From Nostoc sp. (lineage in GTDB: Bacteria; Cyanobacteriota; Cyanobacteriia; Cyanobacteriales; Nostocaceae): a DNA stretch of 64,000 nt. The notes below the pieces were generated by a model, which saw only the letters and a program-made list of their open reading frames with translations, made no database searches and was not told the origin of the DNA. A program made the position numbers and the translations under genes. Below, in pieces: positions 20,086-30,466 of this stretch; the first letter of the stretch is position 1; each line of letters begins with the position of its first letter. The DNA lies in contig JBALDB010000008.1 in NCBI GenBank assembly GCA_036918135.1, forward strand, positions 1-64,000, given 5' to 3'.

Positions 20086-20892
20086 AAATTATTCCTACCT
20101 GAATTAATATTTGGGAGTAATTTTAGCTCTCAGTTATTAGTGCCTTTAGGCACAAAAGTTAGCCCAAATGTGAGACTTTCGACATACTTAAATTTCCCCG
20201 TTAGGGGTTACAAATTTTTGATGAATCTTCTCCTTTTAATTAACTTGCAAATATTACTTATCCAAGCACTTGGAACTGTCTAAGTCTTAAGGGCGTCTAA
20301 AATTTATCAGCATCTAGATTTACAAAAAACGAGTTTTAAGCTGATTTAAATCATCCTCTATCAGTCGCATAGGCAAATATCTGCCATAGATATTGCTAAA
20401 CAAGAGTTGAAAAATCGAGCTTGAATGTCGCAAATCCACAACTCATAATTTAGTTGTTTTGTCAATGCGTAAGTCTTACTAGTTAGAAAATAGGGAACAC
20501 TTGATTGGCTACAGGAAAGGAATCTTTATCCCTTCGTCCTTGGGTATTTGGCTTCAAAAAAGGAAATATCTAAATAACATCATACTAACTCAAGATAGAA
20601 TATTTAGTTACATATCTAGATTTAGATAAATATCTTTGCATATTCTTGATATTATTTGTTAATAAATATACATAAGTACTGAAATTTATGTATACTTTAT
20701 CTTTTTAAAGTCAAAGTAATTTGCACAAACCACTAGAGAGATATTCTTTGGATAAATAAAAATAGATATTTTGCTTGTTGAACGCTGCAATGTTTAAGGC
20801 AAGGTACACATCACAAGAAAAATAAATTGTATGTAAGTCCAAATCGCACTCGTTCGCTTGCCCTTGATTAGAAACGCACAGATGAATGTAAT

Positions 20893-21065
20893 CCCTCTTT
20901 TGTCACTTTCGGCAGAGAATAATCTGTAACTTTTGCCCAGACAGGATTTTACCTATAAAGCTTTGTTTTTAGGTTTCTATTAGTTTGCGATCACTAATCT
21001 TCTCACTAAATCTAGATTTCATCATTTAGCCTCAATTTTTATTTCCCCAGAGTGACAAAAGAGGG
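20893..21065. mobile_element. 173-bp MITE with 15-bp TIRs and TAAT target duplication
   Basis: TAAT|CCCTCTTTTGTCACT...AGTGACAAAAGAGGG|TAAT. Confidence 0.85.
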
Positions 21066-21188
21066 TAATATCAAGTTTGGCTAATTACTTACAATATGGT
21101 TGGTCTTTTTGGGAATTGGTTATTGGAAATTGAATTGTTTACCCATCACACATTACCCATTACCGACCCTCACAGATATCATAAGTAT
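21066..21188. repeat. Dispersed repeat (…CATTACCGACCCTCACAGATATCATAAGTATT), second copy at about 44980-45114
   Basis: Identical 32-bp core in both copies. Confidence 0.75.
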
Positions 21189-22211
21189 TTAAGGAATCAT
21201 CGCTACTTTAATCACTTGACGCGCTTTCATCTCATAAAACACTTGTTCTAAATCTTTTAATGGCCGCTGTTCGCTAATAAGTAATTCAAAGGGAATTTTT
21301 TGACTAGCTATGAGTGCAAGCGCCGATCGCACATACTTTGGTGTATTATGAAACACGCCTTTTATTGTTAGTTCGCTATAGTGTAGCTGTTCTGTGTTAA
21401 CAGTAATTTTAGTATCCCGCGGACAGCCACCGAATAAGTTGACTGTTCCACCAGGACGGGCAGAAGCGATCGCAGTTTCCCAAACGCTAGGCACACCTGT
21501 TGCTTCAATCGCCACATCTGCACCCCATCCTTGGGTAAGTTCTTTCACCACACTAGGAATATCCGGAATTTGATGATAATTAAAGGTCTGGGCTGCACCC
21601 AATTTCTTGCCAATCTCTAACCTGTGGTCATTACCTCCCCACAGCAACACCTCAGCAGTATTCGCTAAAACTGCGACAAACATCAACCCAATCGCCCCAT
21701 CTCCCAAAACGACTACTTTATCTTTGGGCTGAATATGAGAACGCGCTACACCATGCAACACACAAGCTAGCGGTTCTGTCATCGCTGCTAATTCCCAAGG
21801 TAACCCATCAGGAATCTGCAATAAATTATGCTGTACTATTGGTGCAGGAATTTTTAGATATTGGGCAAAAGTTCCATTATTCCATGTCAAATTTGGACAC
21901 AATGAATATTCATGTCGTTGACAAAAAAAGCAATCGTTACATGGAGCAGAATTATTCGCGACAACGCGATCGCCAACTTGCCAATGTGTAACGTCTGCCC
22001 CCAAAGCAACAATTTGTCCAGCACCTTCGTGCCCAAACAGCGTTGGTGGTTTTAACATTTTGGCATGACCACCACGCCGCCAGACTTTCAAATCTGTACC
22101 ACAAGTTGTTGCTGTCCCCACTTTAATTACAACTTCGCCAGCCGTAGGCGTGGGATCGGCAACTTCCTCTAGACGTAAATTTTCTTGCCCGTAAAGTAAT
22201 GCTGCTAACAA
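21189..22211 (-). CDS. Zinc-dependent alcohol dehydrogenase (sorbitol/threonine dehydrogenase-like)
   Basis: CGTD, GHE, CxxCxxC...C and GDGAIG motifs; likely TTG start at 22211. Confidence 0.92.
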   Translation of the reverse strand: MLAALLYGQENLRLEEVADPTPTAGEVVIKVGTATTCGTDLKVWRRGGHAKMLKPPTLFGHEGAGQIVALGADVTHWQVGDRVVANNSAPCNDCFFCQRHEYSLCPNLTWNNGTFAQYLKIPAPIVQHNLLQIPDGLPWELAAMTEPLACVLHGVARSHIQPKDKVVVLGDGAIGLMFVAVLANTAEVLLWGGNDHRLEIGKKLGAAQTFNYHQIPDIPSVVKELTQGWGADVAIEATGVPSVWETAIASARPGGTVNLFGGCPRDTKITVNTEQLHYSELTIKGVFHNTPKYVRSALALIASQKIPFELLISEQRPLKDLEQVFYEMKARQVIKVAMIP

Positions 22212-22281
22212 AGTTTTAAACCTATCAACTAAATCCACCTGATTTTACCAGTTGGAACTATTTTTGATAGGTCTAAACAAA

Positions 22282-22380
22282 GGAACTTCCTTTCTAAAAA
22301 ATATCCTACTGTTTACAGTCAATACTCAACACTCAACAGTTATCAACTTCAAACGGGATAATTTATTTCTTGGAGTTGCC
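22282..22380. mobile_element. 99-bp MITE family copy (GG(G/A)ACTTCC...GGATAATTTATTTCTTGGA(A)GT)
   Basis: Same length and similar ends as 43525-43623. Confidence 0.7.
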
Positions 22381-22433
22381 TAAATTGTTATTGATTTGTA
22401 GTACACTTTTATCTATCGTTAGATGTACAAAAA

Positions 22434-22619
22434 CTAGGAATTAACAGCTGTTTGGGGAAGGACTCCAGTATTTCGGCTTTCCACATTGGGCAAGCGAGTC
22501 GTAGTTAATAGTGGTACTTCTTGTCGGCATGACAGGCAAAACCAATATAGTTCGCCATGACGGACATGACGTAGAAGGGAGCTGCCGCAGCATGGGCAAG
22601 TGTTGGCTCTCGTACTCAT
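22434..22619 (-). CDS. Small zinc-ribbon protein
   Basis: CPCC...LLRH...YWFCLSC; AAAGGA RBS; downstream of the GT4 gene in the same orientation. Confidence 0.75.
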   Translation of the reverse strand: MSTRANTCPCCGSSLLRHVRHGELYWFCLSCRQEVPLLTTTRLPNVESRNTGVLPQTAVNS

Positions 22620-22676
22620 ACCAATGTCTTCCTTTAATAAAAGTTGTTGTTTAAGCTCAGCAAAAAAAGCAGTTGA

Positions 22677-23747
22677 TTAAAAACGAATGTTGCCCGCATG
22701 AATGTGGCCATTCGATTCTATGCGGTCTTTAATAATTTGTCTGTAAACAGCTTCATATCCGTTAACCATTTGGTTAACGCTAAACTTGTTTTCTACATAC
22801 TTTCGACAGTTTTGACGATTGAGTTCCAAAGCTTGTGGAATGATTGCTGCCATTTGAGCATAGTTTTTGCAGATAAAACCTGTTTTCCCGTGGGCAATCA
22901 CCTCAGATACGGAACCTAAATTCATGGCAATTACTGGTGTACCAGTTGCCATTGATTCAATCATTACTAAGCCAAAAGGTTCTTGCCATGCAATGGGGAA
23001 AAGAGCAACCGCCGCATTGCCCAGAAGTTCAGTCTTTTGGGCATGGCTAATTTCGCCTAAATATTCAATTTGCTGACCATCAATATGGGGCGCAATCTCT
23101 TGTTCAAAAAACTTAGAATCTCCTAAGTCAACTTTTCCAGCCATCTTCAAGCGCCAACCAGTTTGCTTGGCAATAGCGATTGCATGTTGTGGCCCTTTTT
23201 CTGGCGAAAACCGACCTAAAAATACCAAATATGGAGGCTCTGACGGTTGAGCTACAAATGGATAATCTGCTAGCTCAATTCCGTTATAAACTGTGGCAAT
23301 ATAATTGAGGTCGATTTGACGCTGGGAGTTACTAATGCTAACGTATGGTTGCTTTTGGTGGTAGCTAAATGCGTTACTATTGTCTTTTGTAAAATTATTG
23401 TGCAGAGTATGTACTGTAGAAGTTGTTGTTATCAAACTCGCTAAAGGTAATGCCGAAAACCCTACATGAGAATGGATAATATCGAATTGGGCAGCATGTT
23501 GATAAACTTGACTCAGTTCTAGCATTTCGTACACTACATACTCTTTGACATTTGGGTCTAAGCGCAATGCACGTGGATAAACTGCTTCTAATTGAGCCAG
23601 AGTTTGAGAATCGCCAGAGGCAAACAAAGTTACCTCATGACCGCGACGAACAAGTTCATCAGTCAAGCGACTCACTACCAGTTCTATTCCTCCATAACTA
23701 GGAGGTGGTACCCTTTCCCATAAGGGGGCAACTTGAGCGATTTTCAT
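22677..23747 (-). CDS. Glycosyltransferase family 4 protein
   Basis: MKIAQVAP...YGGIE, GRFSPEKG and EPFGLVMIESMATGTPV motifs. Confidence 0.93.
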   Translation of the reverse strand: MKIAQVAPLWERVPPPSYGGIELVVSRLTDELVRRGHEVTLFASGDSQTLAQLEAVYPRALRLDPNVKEYVVYEMLELSQVYQHAAQFDIIHSHVGFSALPLASLITTTSTVHTLHNNFTKDNSNAFSYHQKQPYVSISNSQRQIDLNYIATVYNGIELADYPFVAQPSEPPYLVFLGRFSPEKGPQHAIAIAKQTGWRLKMAGKVDLGDSKFFEQEIAPHIDGQQIEYLGEISHAQKTELLGNAAVALFPIAWQEPFGLVMIESMATGTPVIAMNLGSVSEVIAHGKTGFICKNYAQMAAIIPQALELNRQNCRKYVENKFSVNQMVNGYEAVYRQIIKDRIESNGHIHAGNIRF

Positions 23748-24206
23748 AAGTTGTTTCGGTTCAGTCTGTAAATTTGCTCTCAAAATAATGAATTACCTCA
23801 TTATTTTATGAGAACAAAGCATTTGTACTTACTTTTTTGAAATTTAAATTAACCTAATAGGCTAACAAAAGCACAATATTTGGTTAACTGTATCGAAAAT
23901 TTTCTACCTACAAATCTCTGGACTGTTGGCAAAAGTCAACCCTGAGCTACATTTATAACCTATAGCTAATCAATTACTTGTTGCATCTGTCTTCCGGATC
24001 ATAATCGAGTAGAATATTTTGTAGCAGAACTAACAAAAAGGAATATTTTGTAGCTGAAAACACTAAATTATCAAATGGGATCAATTTATTCAAGCTTGGT
24101 TTAAAGATAATGAGGAAATAGAATATATCTTCTAAATATTAAATAATTGTAGAAAAATTACATAATTTGTAATTAGTAATTTCCCAAAAATTTTGATAGC
24201 CAACTC

Positions 24207-24989
24207 ATGAAAATCGCTACTTGGAACGTCAACTCAATTCGGATTCGTCTAGAACAGGTTACTGATTGGTTGACTCATAATCCCGTTGATGTTCTTTGCT
24301 TGCAAGAGACCAAAGTTATAGATGCAGAGTTTCCGCGATCGCCTTTTGAGCAAATGGGCTATCACCTCTATGTATCAGGACAAAAATCCTATAACGGCGT
24401 AGCTATAATCAGCTACCAACCACTCCAAGACGTAAGTAGCGGTTTTAGGGAAATTTTGCCAGATTTACCGCCGGAATGGGATGAGCAAAAGCGAGTAATT
24501 ACAGGTGTAATTGAGGGTATTAGGATTGTAAACTTATATGTTCCTAACGGTGCAGCGGTAGGAACCGAAAAATACGAATATAAACTGCGCTGGCTAACAG
24601 TGCTAGGCGAGTACTTGCGATCGCTGCTGCTGTCACAACTTGATATTTGTGTGTGTGGTGACTTTAACATTGCACCGTCAGCCAAGGATATTCACGAACA
24701 AGTGAGTACAGAAAATCACATTATGGCCACAGAAACAGAGCGCCAAGCCTTACGAGATATTCTCACCTTGGGATTTGCCGATGCTTTTCGTAAATTTACT
24801 AGCGAAGGTGGAAATTATAGCTGGTGGGATTATCGCGCCGCCGCCTTCCGTCGCAACTTGGGTTGGCGGATTGACCATCACTATCTCACACCGATACTAT
24901 ATGAGCGTGCCAAAAGTTGCATCATCGATATTGAACCGAGAAAATTAACTCAACCGAGCGATCATGTACCGGTGATTGTTGAATTATAA
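24207..24989 (+). CDS. xth: Exodeoxyribonuclease III
   Basis: ATWNVNS, LQETK, GDFN, GWRIDH and SDHVPV motifs. Confidence 0.96.
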   Translation: MKIATWNVNSIRIRLEQVTDWLTHNPVDVLCLQETKVIDAEFPRSPFEQMGYHLYVSGQKSYNGVAIISYQPLQDVSSGFREILPDLPPEWDEQKRVITGVIEGIRIVNLYVPNGAAVGTEKYEYKLRWLTVLGEYLRSLLLSQLDICVCGDFNIAPSAKDIHEQVSTENHIMATETERQALRDILTLGFADAFRKFTSEGGNYSWWDYRAAAFRRNLGWRIDHHYLTPILYERAKSCIIDIEPRKLTQPSDHVPVIVEL

Positions 24990-25015
24990 AAGGGTATTGG
25001 GTATGCTTCATCAAA

Positions 25016-26101
25016 TCAATCTAACGGATAATATATATCCTCAGAACTAGGATTGAGATAAGGACGCTGTAAATCTATTAAGTGCTGCCTAAAGTGTTGG
25101 TTAATCACCCTCATCCGTTCTTCCATTGCATTCTTACCTTTTTGCCAAGCTTCCAATAAAGCATTAGCGACAATTTGACAACGGTTCATGCCAAAACTTT
25201 CTTGTGCGGCAAATTTTTGGGTTGGTTCTTCAGCTAAACCTAACCCCAGTGCTAAAAATTTGGTAAACAAAGGAATTTCGGGTTGGAAATAAAATTGATT
25301 TTCTAAATAAACTGTTTGAAGGATGGTGCGGATTGCTGGATAGTCGTGGAGTTCAAAGTAGAGTACCCCGGAATCGTAACGTCCGTATGTACAGGGATTA
25401 TGGAGAACCTGAAAGCTAAAGGGAATGGAGGCTGCATTCAGTTGCAGGGTTAAGCTATTCATCAGAGCGATCGCACCAGATGGTGTCAAGTTAAAGTAGA
25501 TTCGCCCTGCTCCTAAATTACTGTCTGGATTAGTTTGCTGTTGTTGTCTGACATTACTAACTGCTATGTAACAACCGTTTTGCAGGCGATTTTTGGGCAT
25601 CCAGATTGCTACCATGTCACCCACTTTCGTAGATTTCTTACTGGATTCTAAATGACAGTCTGGCTCAATATAAAGTGTCAAACCACCTTTTGTCACAGCC
25701 ATACTACCATCAGGTTCTTGCCGCAGTACCTGCCATTCTGAGTCAAAGTAACCTACGCCGTGATTACTTTTGTGCAGTTGTTTGTAGAAGTCCCAATCAA
25801 TCTCCGAAATCGAACTATCTTCTAAATTATGTTTTGATGTGTGATTAGTAGTATCAGTATTGACTGCTAAAGTAGTTTGCAGGGAGCCATTGTAATAGAT
25901 TCCATAGAGAAAATTTCGCAATAGTAAAGCCAAATACTTTTGTTGTAAATCTGCCGGAGTTTGCTGAAATCTGTCGGCTACTTTAGTCGGCAGAGCAAAG
26001 GGTTGATAATTGGGATGGTAAATACAAAAATTTGACTCTATCTGGATATTCTTAGCAATGTCCAACAGAGAAGTCAGCGGTTGATTGGCAGAATATAACA
26101 T
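25016..26101 (-). CDS. HopA1-family protein (LanY/TvaD-like phospho-elimination lyase)
   Basis: RIYFNL, YGRYDSGVLY, LGLAEEP and SFGMNRCQIVA motifs. Confidence 0.85.
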   Translation of the reverse strand: MLYSANQPLTSLLDIAKNIQIESNFCIYHPNYQPFALPTKVADRFQQTPADLQQKYLALLLRNFLYGIYYNGSLQTTLAVNTDTTNHTSKHNLEDSSISEIDWDFYKQLHKSNHGVGYFDSEWQVLRQEPDGSMAVTKGGLTLYIEPDCHLESSKKSTKVGDMVAIWMPKNRLQNGCYIAVSNVRQQQQTNPDSNLGAGRIYFNLTPSGAIALMNSLTLQLNAASIPFSFQVLHNPCTYGRYDSGVLYFELHDYPAIRTILQTVYLENQFYFQPEIPLFTKFLALGLGLAEEPTQKFAAQESFGMNRCQIVANALLEAWQKGKNAMEERMRVINQHFRQHLIDLQRPYLNPSSEDIYYPLD

Positions 26102-26525
26102 TAATCCATTCAAAATTAAAACAGAGAAAATTCAAAATCATCAAACAAAACTCAGAATTGGTGAATTCTGAATCCAGAATACTCCACCCATAAAAAGATG
26201 GAGTAATAACCCGAAGAACTTTGAGATTTGTTTCGCCCATGAAAGTATGAGGTTTTAATCTATACTGTTGAGCTACTCGCTTAACCTTTGGCTAAGTTCT
26301 GACGACTGATATTTTTGTTCTTCTTTATAAAACTAGTATGAAGCAAAATCTTCTTAAATTTATCATAGGGTAAATAATACGCAGAACAATTTAAAATTTA
26401 GTAAAAATTCATCTCTGAGGATTTCAAAGCCAAAATTACTCAGAAGTCTAATATGAAAATTTATCTAGATTTTTTAACTATTCTGACTCCATAATTCTCA
26501 ATTATTCTTGTTCTGCTCCCTACCA

Positions 26526-27764
26526 TTAACAACCACGGAGTCGAGTTTTTTCATAATAAATGCGAAGTAACTGCTGCTCTTTTTGAGGCTGAGGAAGTTT
26601 ATGGATTTTAGCCACAGGGTTGACAATTTCTGATTCGCAGATACCGAAAATAGTCAACACAGCTTGCTCTGGTATTGTCAGTAAACTTTTAGCTACTTGC
26701 AGCATACAGATATCAGCATTACTAAAGTTTTTTCGGCAAGTAATCATATCCTGAATTTGATGAATCAGTGCCAGTCCCGCAAATTGGATAACCCGCGAAA
26801 TAAAGTCACTACGGTATTCTAAAATCATCGGGAAAGCATAGAGATAAGACCTAATCAGGGCAATAATTGAAGGTTGTAAAATCTCTAACGGTGTCAACGC
26901 TAGATGTAGAGATTCTTCTAACTCAATGGTACGATCTACTACTAGGCTCTTGAGCCAAATTTCTAAATAGCTTGCGAGTAAAGTTCCTAAATCAAAAGCT
27001 GGATCTCCCCAAGCGCAAGCTTCCCAATCAATTAGTCGCACTAGGCAATTGTCTAGTTGCTGCCAGCGAGAATGAACTAAAATGTTATTCAATTTCAGGT
27101 CGTTGTGAGTTAAGCAGCAAGCATTCCAGTCAAATGCCAAATCTGCGATCGCAGATTCTAAACTCTCGTATTGTTGATAGAGAACGTAGAATTTCAACGC
27201 ATCGCTGGGAACACTACCAAAAATCTCTGGACTAATTGACCCTATCCCTTGCGCTGGATTGTAAAAGCCATAGCGAAACTCTCCTTGGGGAGCAGTTGCC
27301 ATAAAATCCTTATACTCTCGGCGTTGGAAGGTTGCACGATGCAGTCCTGCTAAGGTTGTACCAATTGCACAAGCAATTTCTGGTGGAAAAATCTCATTTT
27401 TGTGGTATAATGTCCGAAGCTCAAGATAGTCATTCAGGTAATTGCGGACAAGAATAGAATTTTCTTCGTCGAAATGCACTACTAATGGTGCGATCGCCGA
27501 AACATTGCCAAAAACTGGAAACTGCTGGAGCAATTGGTGAAACAGCCACTCTTTAAATAATTCATGGGGCAGGCCTTCACTGTTAATGTTACGTTCTTGT
27601 TTGAGGAGCAGTTGGCGATTATCAGCTAGAGTTACAAGTAAATTGAAATTTTTGCTGCTACTCCTTGGCAAGTCAGATTCATCCGAGCTGCCATATTCTG
27701 AGTTACACAGACCCACATCTTGCAGATACTGAATAACGTTGTGAGAAGACAGTGATAATACCAT
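26526..27764 (-). CDS. APH-family phosphotransferase (LanK/TvaC-like kinase)
   Basis: KNFNLLV...LLKQE, HNDLKLNNIL (HxDxxxxN) and LIDWE...GDPAFDLG motifs. Confidence 0.88.
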   Translation of the reverse strand: MVLSLSSHNVIQYLQDVGLCNSEYGSSDESDLPRSSSKNFNLLVTLADNRQLLLKQERNINSEGLPHELFKEWLFHQLLQQFPVFGNVSAIAPLVVHFDEENSILVRNYLNDYLELRTLYHKNEIFPPEIACAIGTTLAGLHRATFQRREYKDFMATAPQGEFRYGFYNPAQGIGSISPEIFGSVPSDALKFYVLYQQYESLESAIADLAFDWNACCLTHNDLKLNNILVHSRWQQLDNCLVRLIDWEACAWGDPAFDLGTLLASYLEIWLKSLVVDRTIELEESLHLALTPLEILQPSIIALIRSYLYAFPMILEYRSDFISRVIQFAGLALIHQIQDMITCRKNFSNADICMLQVAKSLLTIPEQAVLTIFGICESEIVNPVAKIHKLPQPQKEQQLLRIYYEKTRLRGC

Positions 27765-28069
27765 GTATTATTTCCTACTTCATAAATTAGCGTAAATTTA
27801 TTTGTGTCAAAATCCGCTTAGCTTTAGCAATTTTGAGTAGATAGTAACTAGTGTGCGAAGAAGAATAAAGATTTGTACAATCTACTAATATCGCATATTT
27901 ACGATTAAAACCTGCCAAAATGGCACCAAGCTCTTTATAATTGCTTTAAAATTGCCTCCATGACTCATGACACCTTTACACTTGCTCAGCATAGTTACTT
28001 AGACACATTTAGAGTAAGTTTTGTGGTAGAGCCTTTTGATGTAGCTCTGTCTCGTTTGTTTGTAGCGGA

Positions 28070-28123
28070 TTAGCAGCATCCCCAGGAAAAGACTGATTGG
28101 CGGCAGATGTTGTCAGTAGTCAT
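28070..28123 (-). CDS. Candidate small peptide MTTDNICRQSVFSWGCC (possible RiPP substrate)
   Basis: 17-aa ORF upstream of and co-oriented with the kinase; 4 Ser/Thr and 3 Cys; weak RBS. Confidence 0.25.
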   Translation of the reverse strand: MTTDNICRQSVFSWGCC

Positions 28124-28747
28124 CCTGAAAGCAGCGAAGAATTTCAGCAATTCTTCGGGGTATGAAGCATGACTTTAAACGTTATTATTTTTATTTATCA
28201 TCACAAAGCCAAAAAAACCGGACACTTTGGCTGGTTGGTAATTTTTTTTTGCTTAAATTTTCGTAATTGATACCTCAAAGCCTTGTTGTCAGGTGATTTA
28301 TGTCACTTGCAAGCTTTCGGCGAGCCAAACAAAGGTTACATGAGTGGTTCTTATGAGAGTACTGTTTTGTGAAGCGATGCCAAGATTTTGAGTAATTATT
28401 ACCCTAATATAAAACGCTGAGCGAGTAAGAACGAATTGCGGCTATACAAAAAAAGTCCACGAAGGTGGACTAAAAAATAACATTTTTTAACCAGCGTAGG
28501 TGGGTTTTGTCTTTATATACATGAATTATATTTGCCGACTTATAAAAATTTTTTATTTTGGGTCAGATAATTTTATTGATTGTTCGTTAGGTATAGCAAG
28601 CGAATAAAGGTTAGGACATAATGACAAGCGTAGATGTTAGGAATAGTAATGTTTTACCTCCTGCCTCCAGCATAGCTGCCTCCTGCTGATATCTCTGCTT
28701 CTAAATGAATTTTTATAACTGTTAAATAAATCCATAACACGAAACAC

Positions 28748-28776
28748 AAAAAAAGGGATAAGCCGAAGCCTATCCC
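28748..28776 (-). terminator. Rho-independent terminator of ahcY
   Basis: GGGATAGGC-TTCG-GCTTATCCC followed by T7 on the minus strand. Confidence 0.85.
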
Positions 28777-28800
28777 AAAACATTAATTAATCAGTTAACA

Positions 28801-30084
<1,284 letters not shown>

Positions 30085-30466
30085 TTACCTCAAAAGTTTG
30101 AAATTACGTAAAATCTACGCACTCTACTAGGTTATTCTACGACTGGCTATTTTTGCTTGAAAGAAAGCAAATTACTAGTCAAGAGTCCTGAGAACTAGCT
30201 TGACGTTTGATTTGTCTAATGTCAACTTCATCCCCAGCTTTTTCCTTTTTGTTTTATCTTTGGTAAGAGTAAGACTCTTATCAGCCTTAAATACTTATTT
30301 ATAATTTAATGTCATCTTTCTAAAGATATAGTCTTACAAAAAAACATGAAAATTTCATCATTGAAAGAAAAATACTTAACTTTAGGTAGGTACATTTACC
30401 CAAATTAAATGAAGAGGATGGTTATAGAAGTAGTCAACAGTAAATTTTACTCAAGGAGGTGTTTGA

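Noticed and set aside
25016..26101. HopA1 protein as a type III secretion effector
   Set aside because: No T3SS genes in the window; pairing with an APH kinase fits the RiPP kinase/lyase role better
26052..26240. 62-aa ORF between kinase and lyase as RiPP precursor
   Set aside because: Overlaps the lyase start out of frame, has no leader/core organisation and runs through repeat-like sequence
28070..28123. Small ORF as a PatS/PatX heterocyst inhibitor
   Set aside because: Lacks the RGSGR motif
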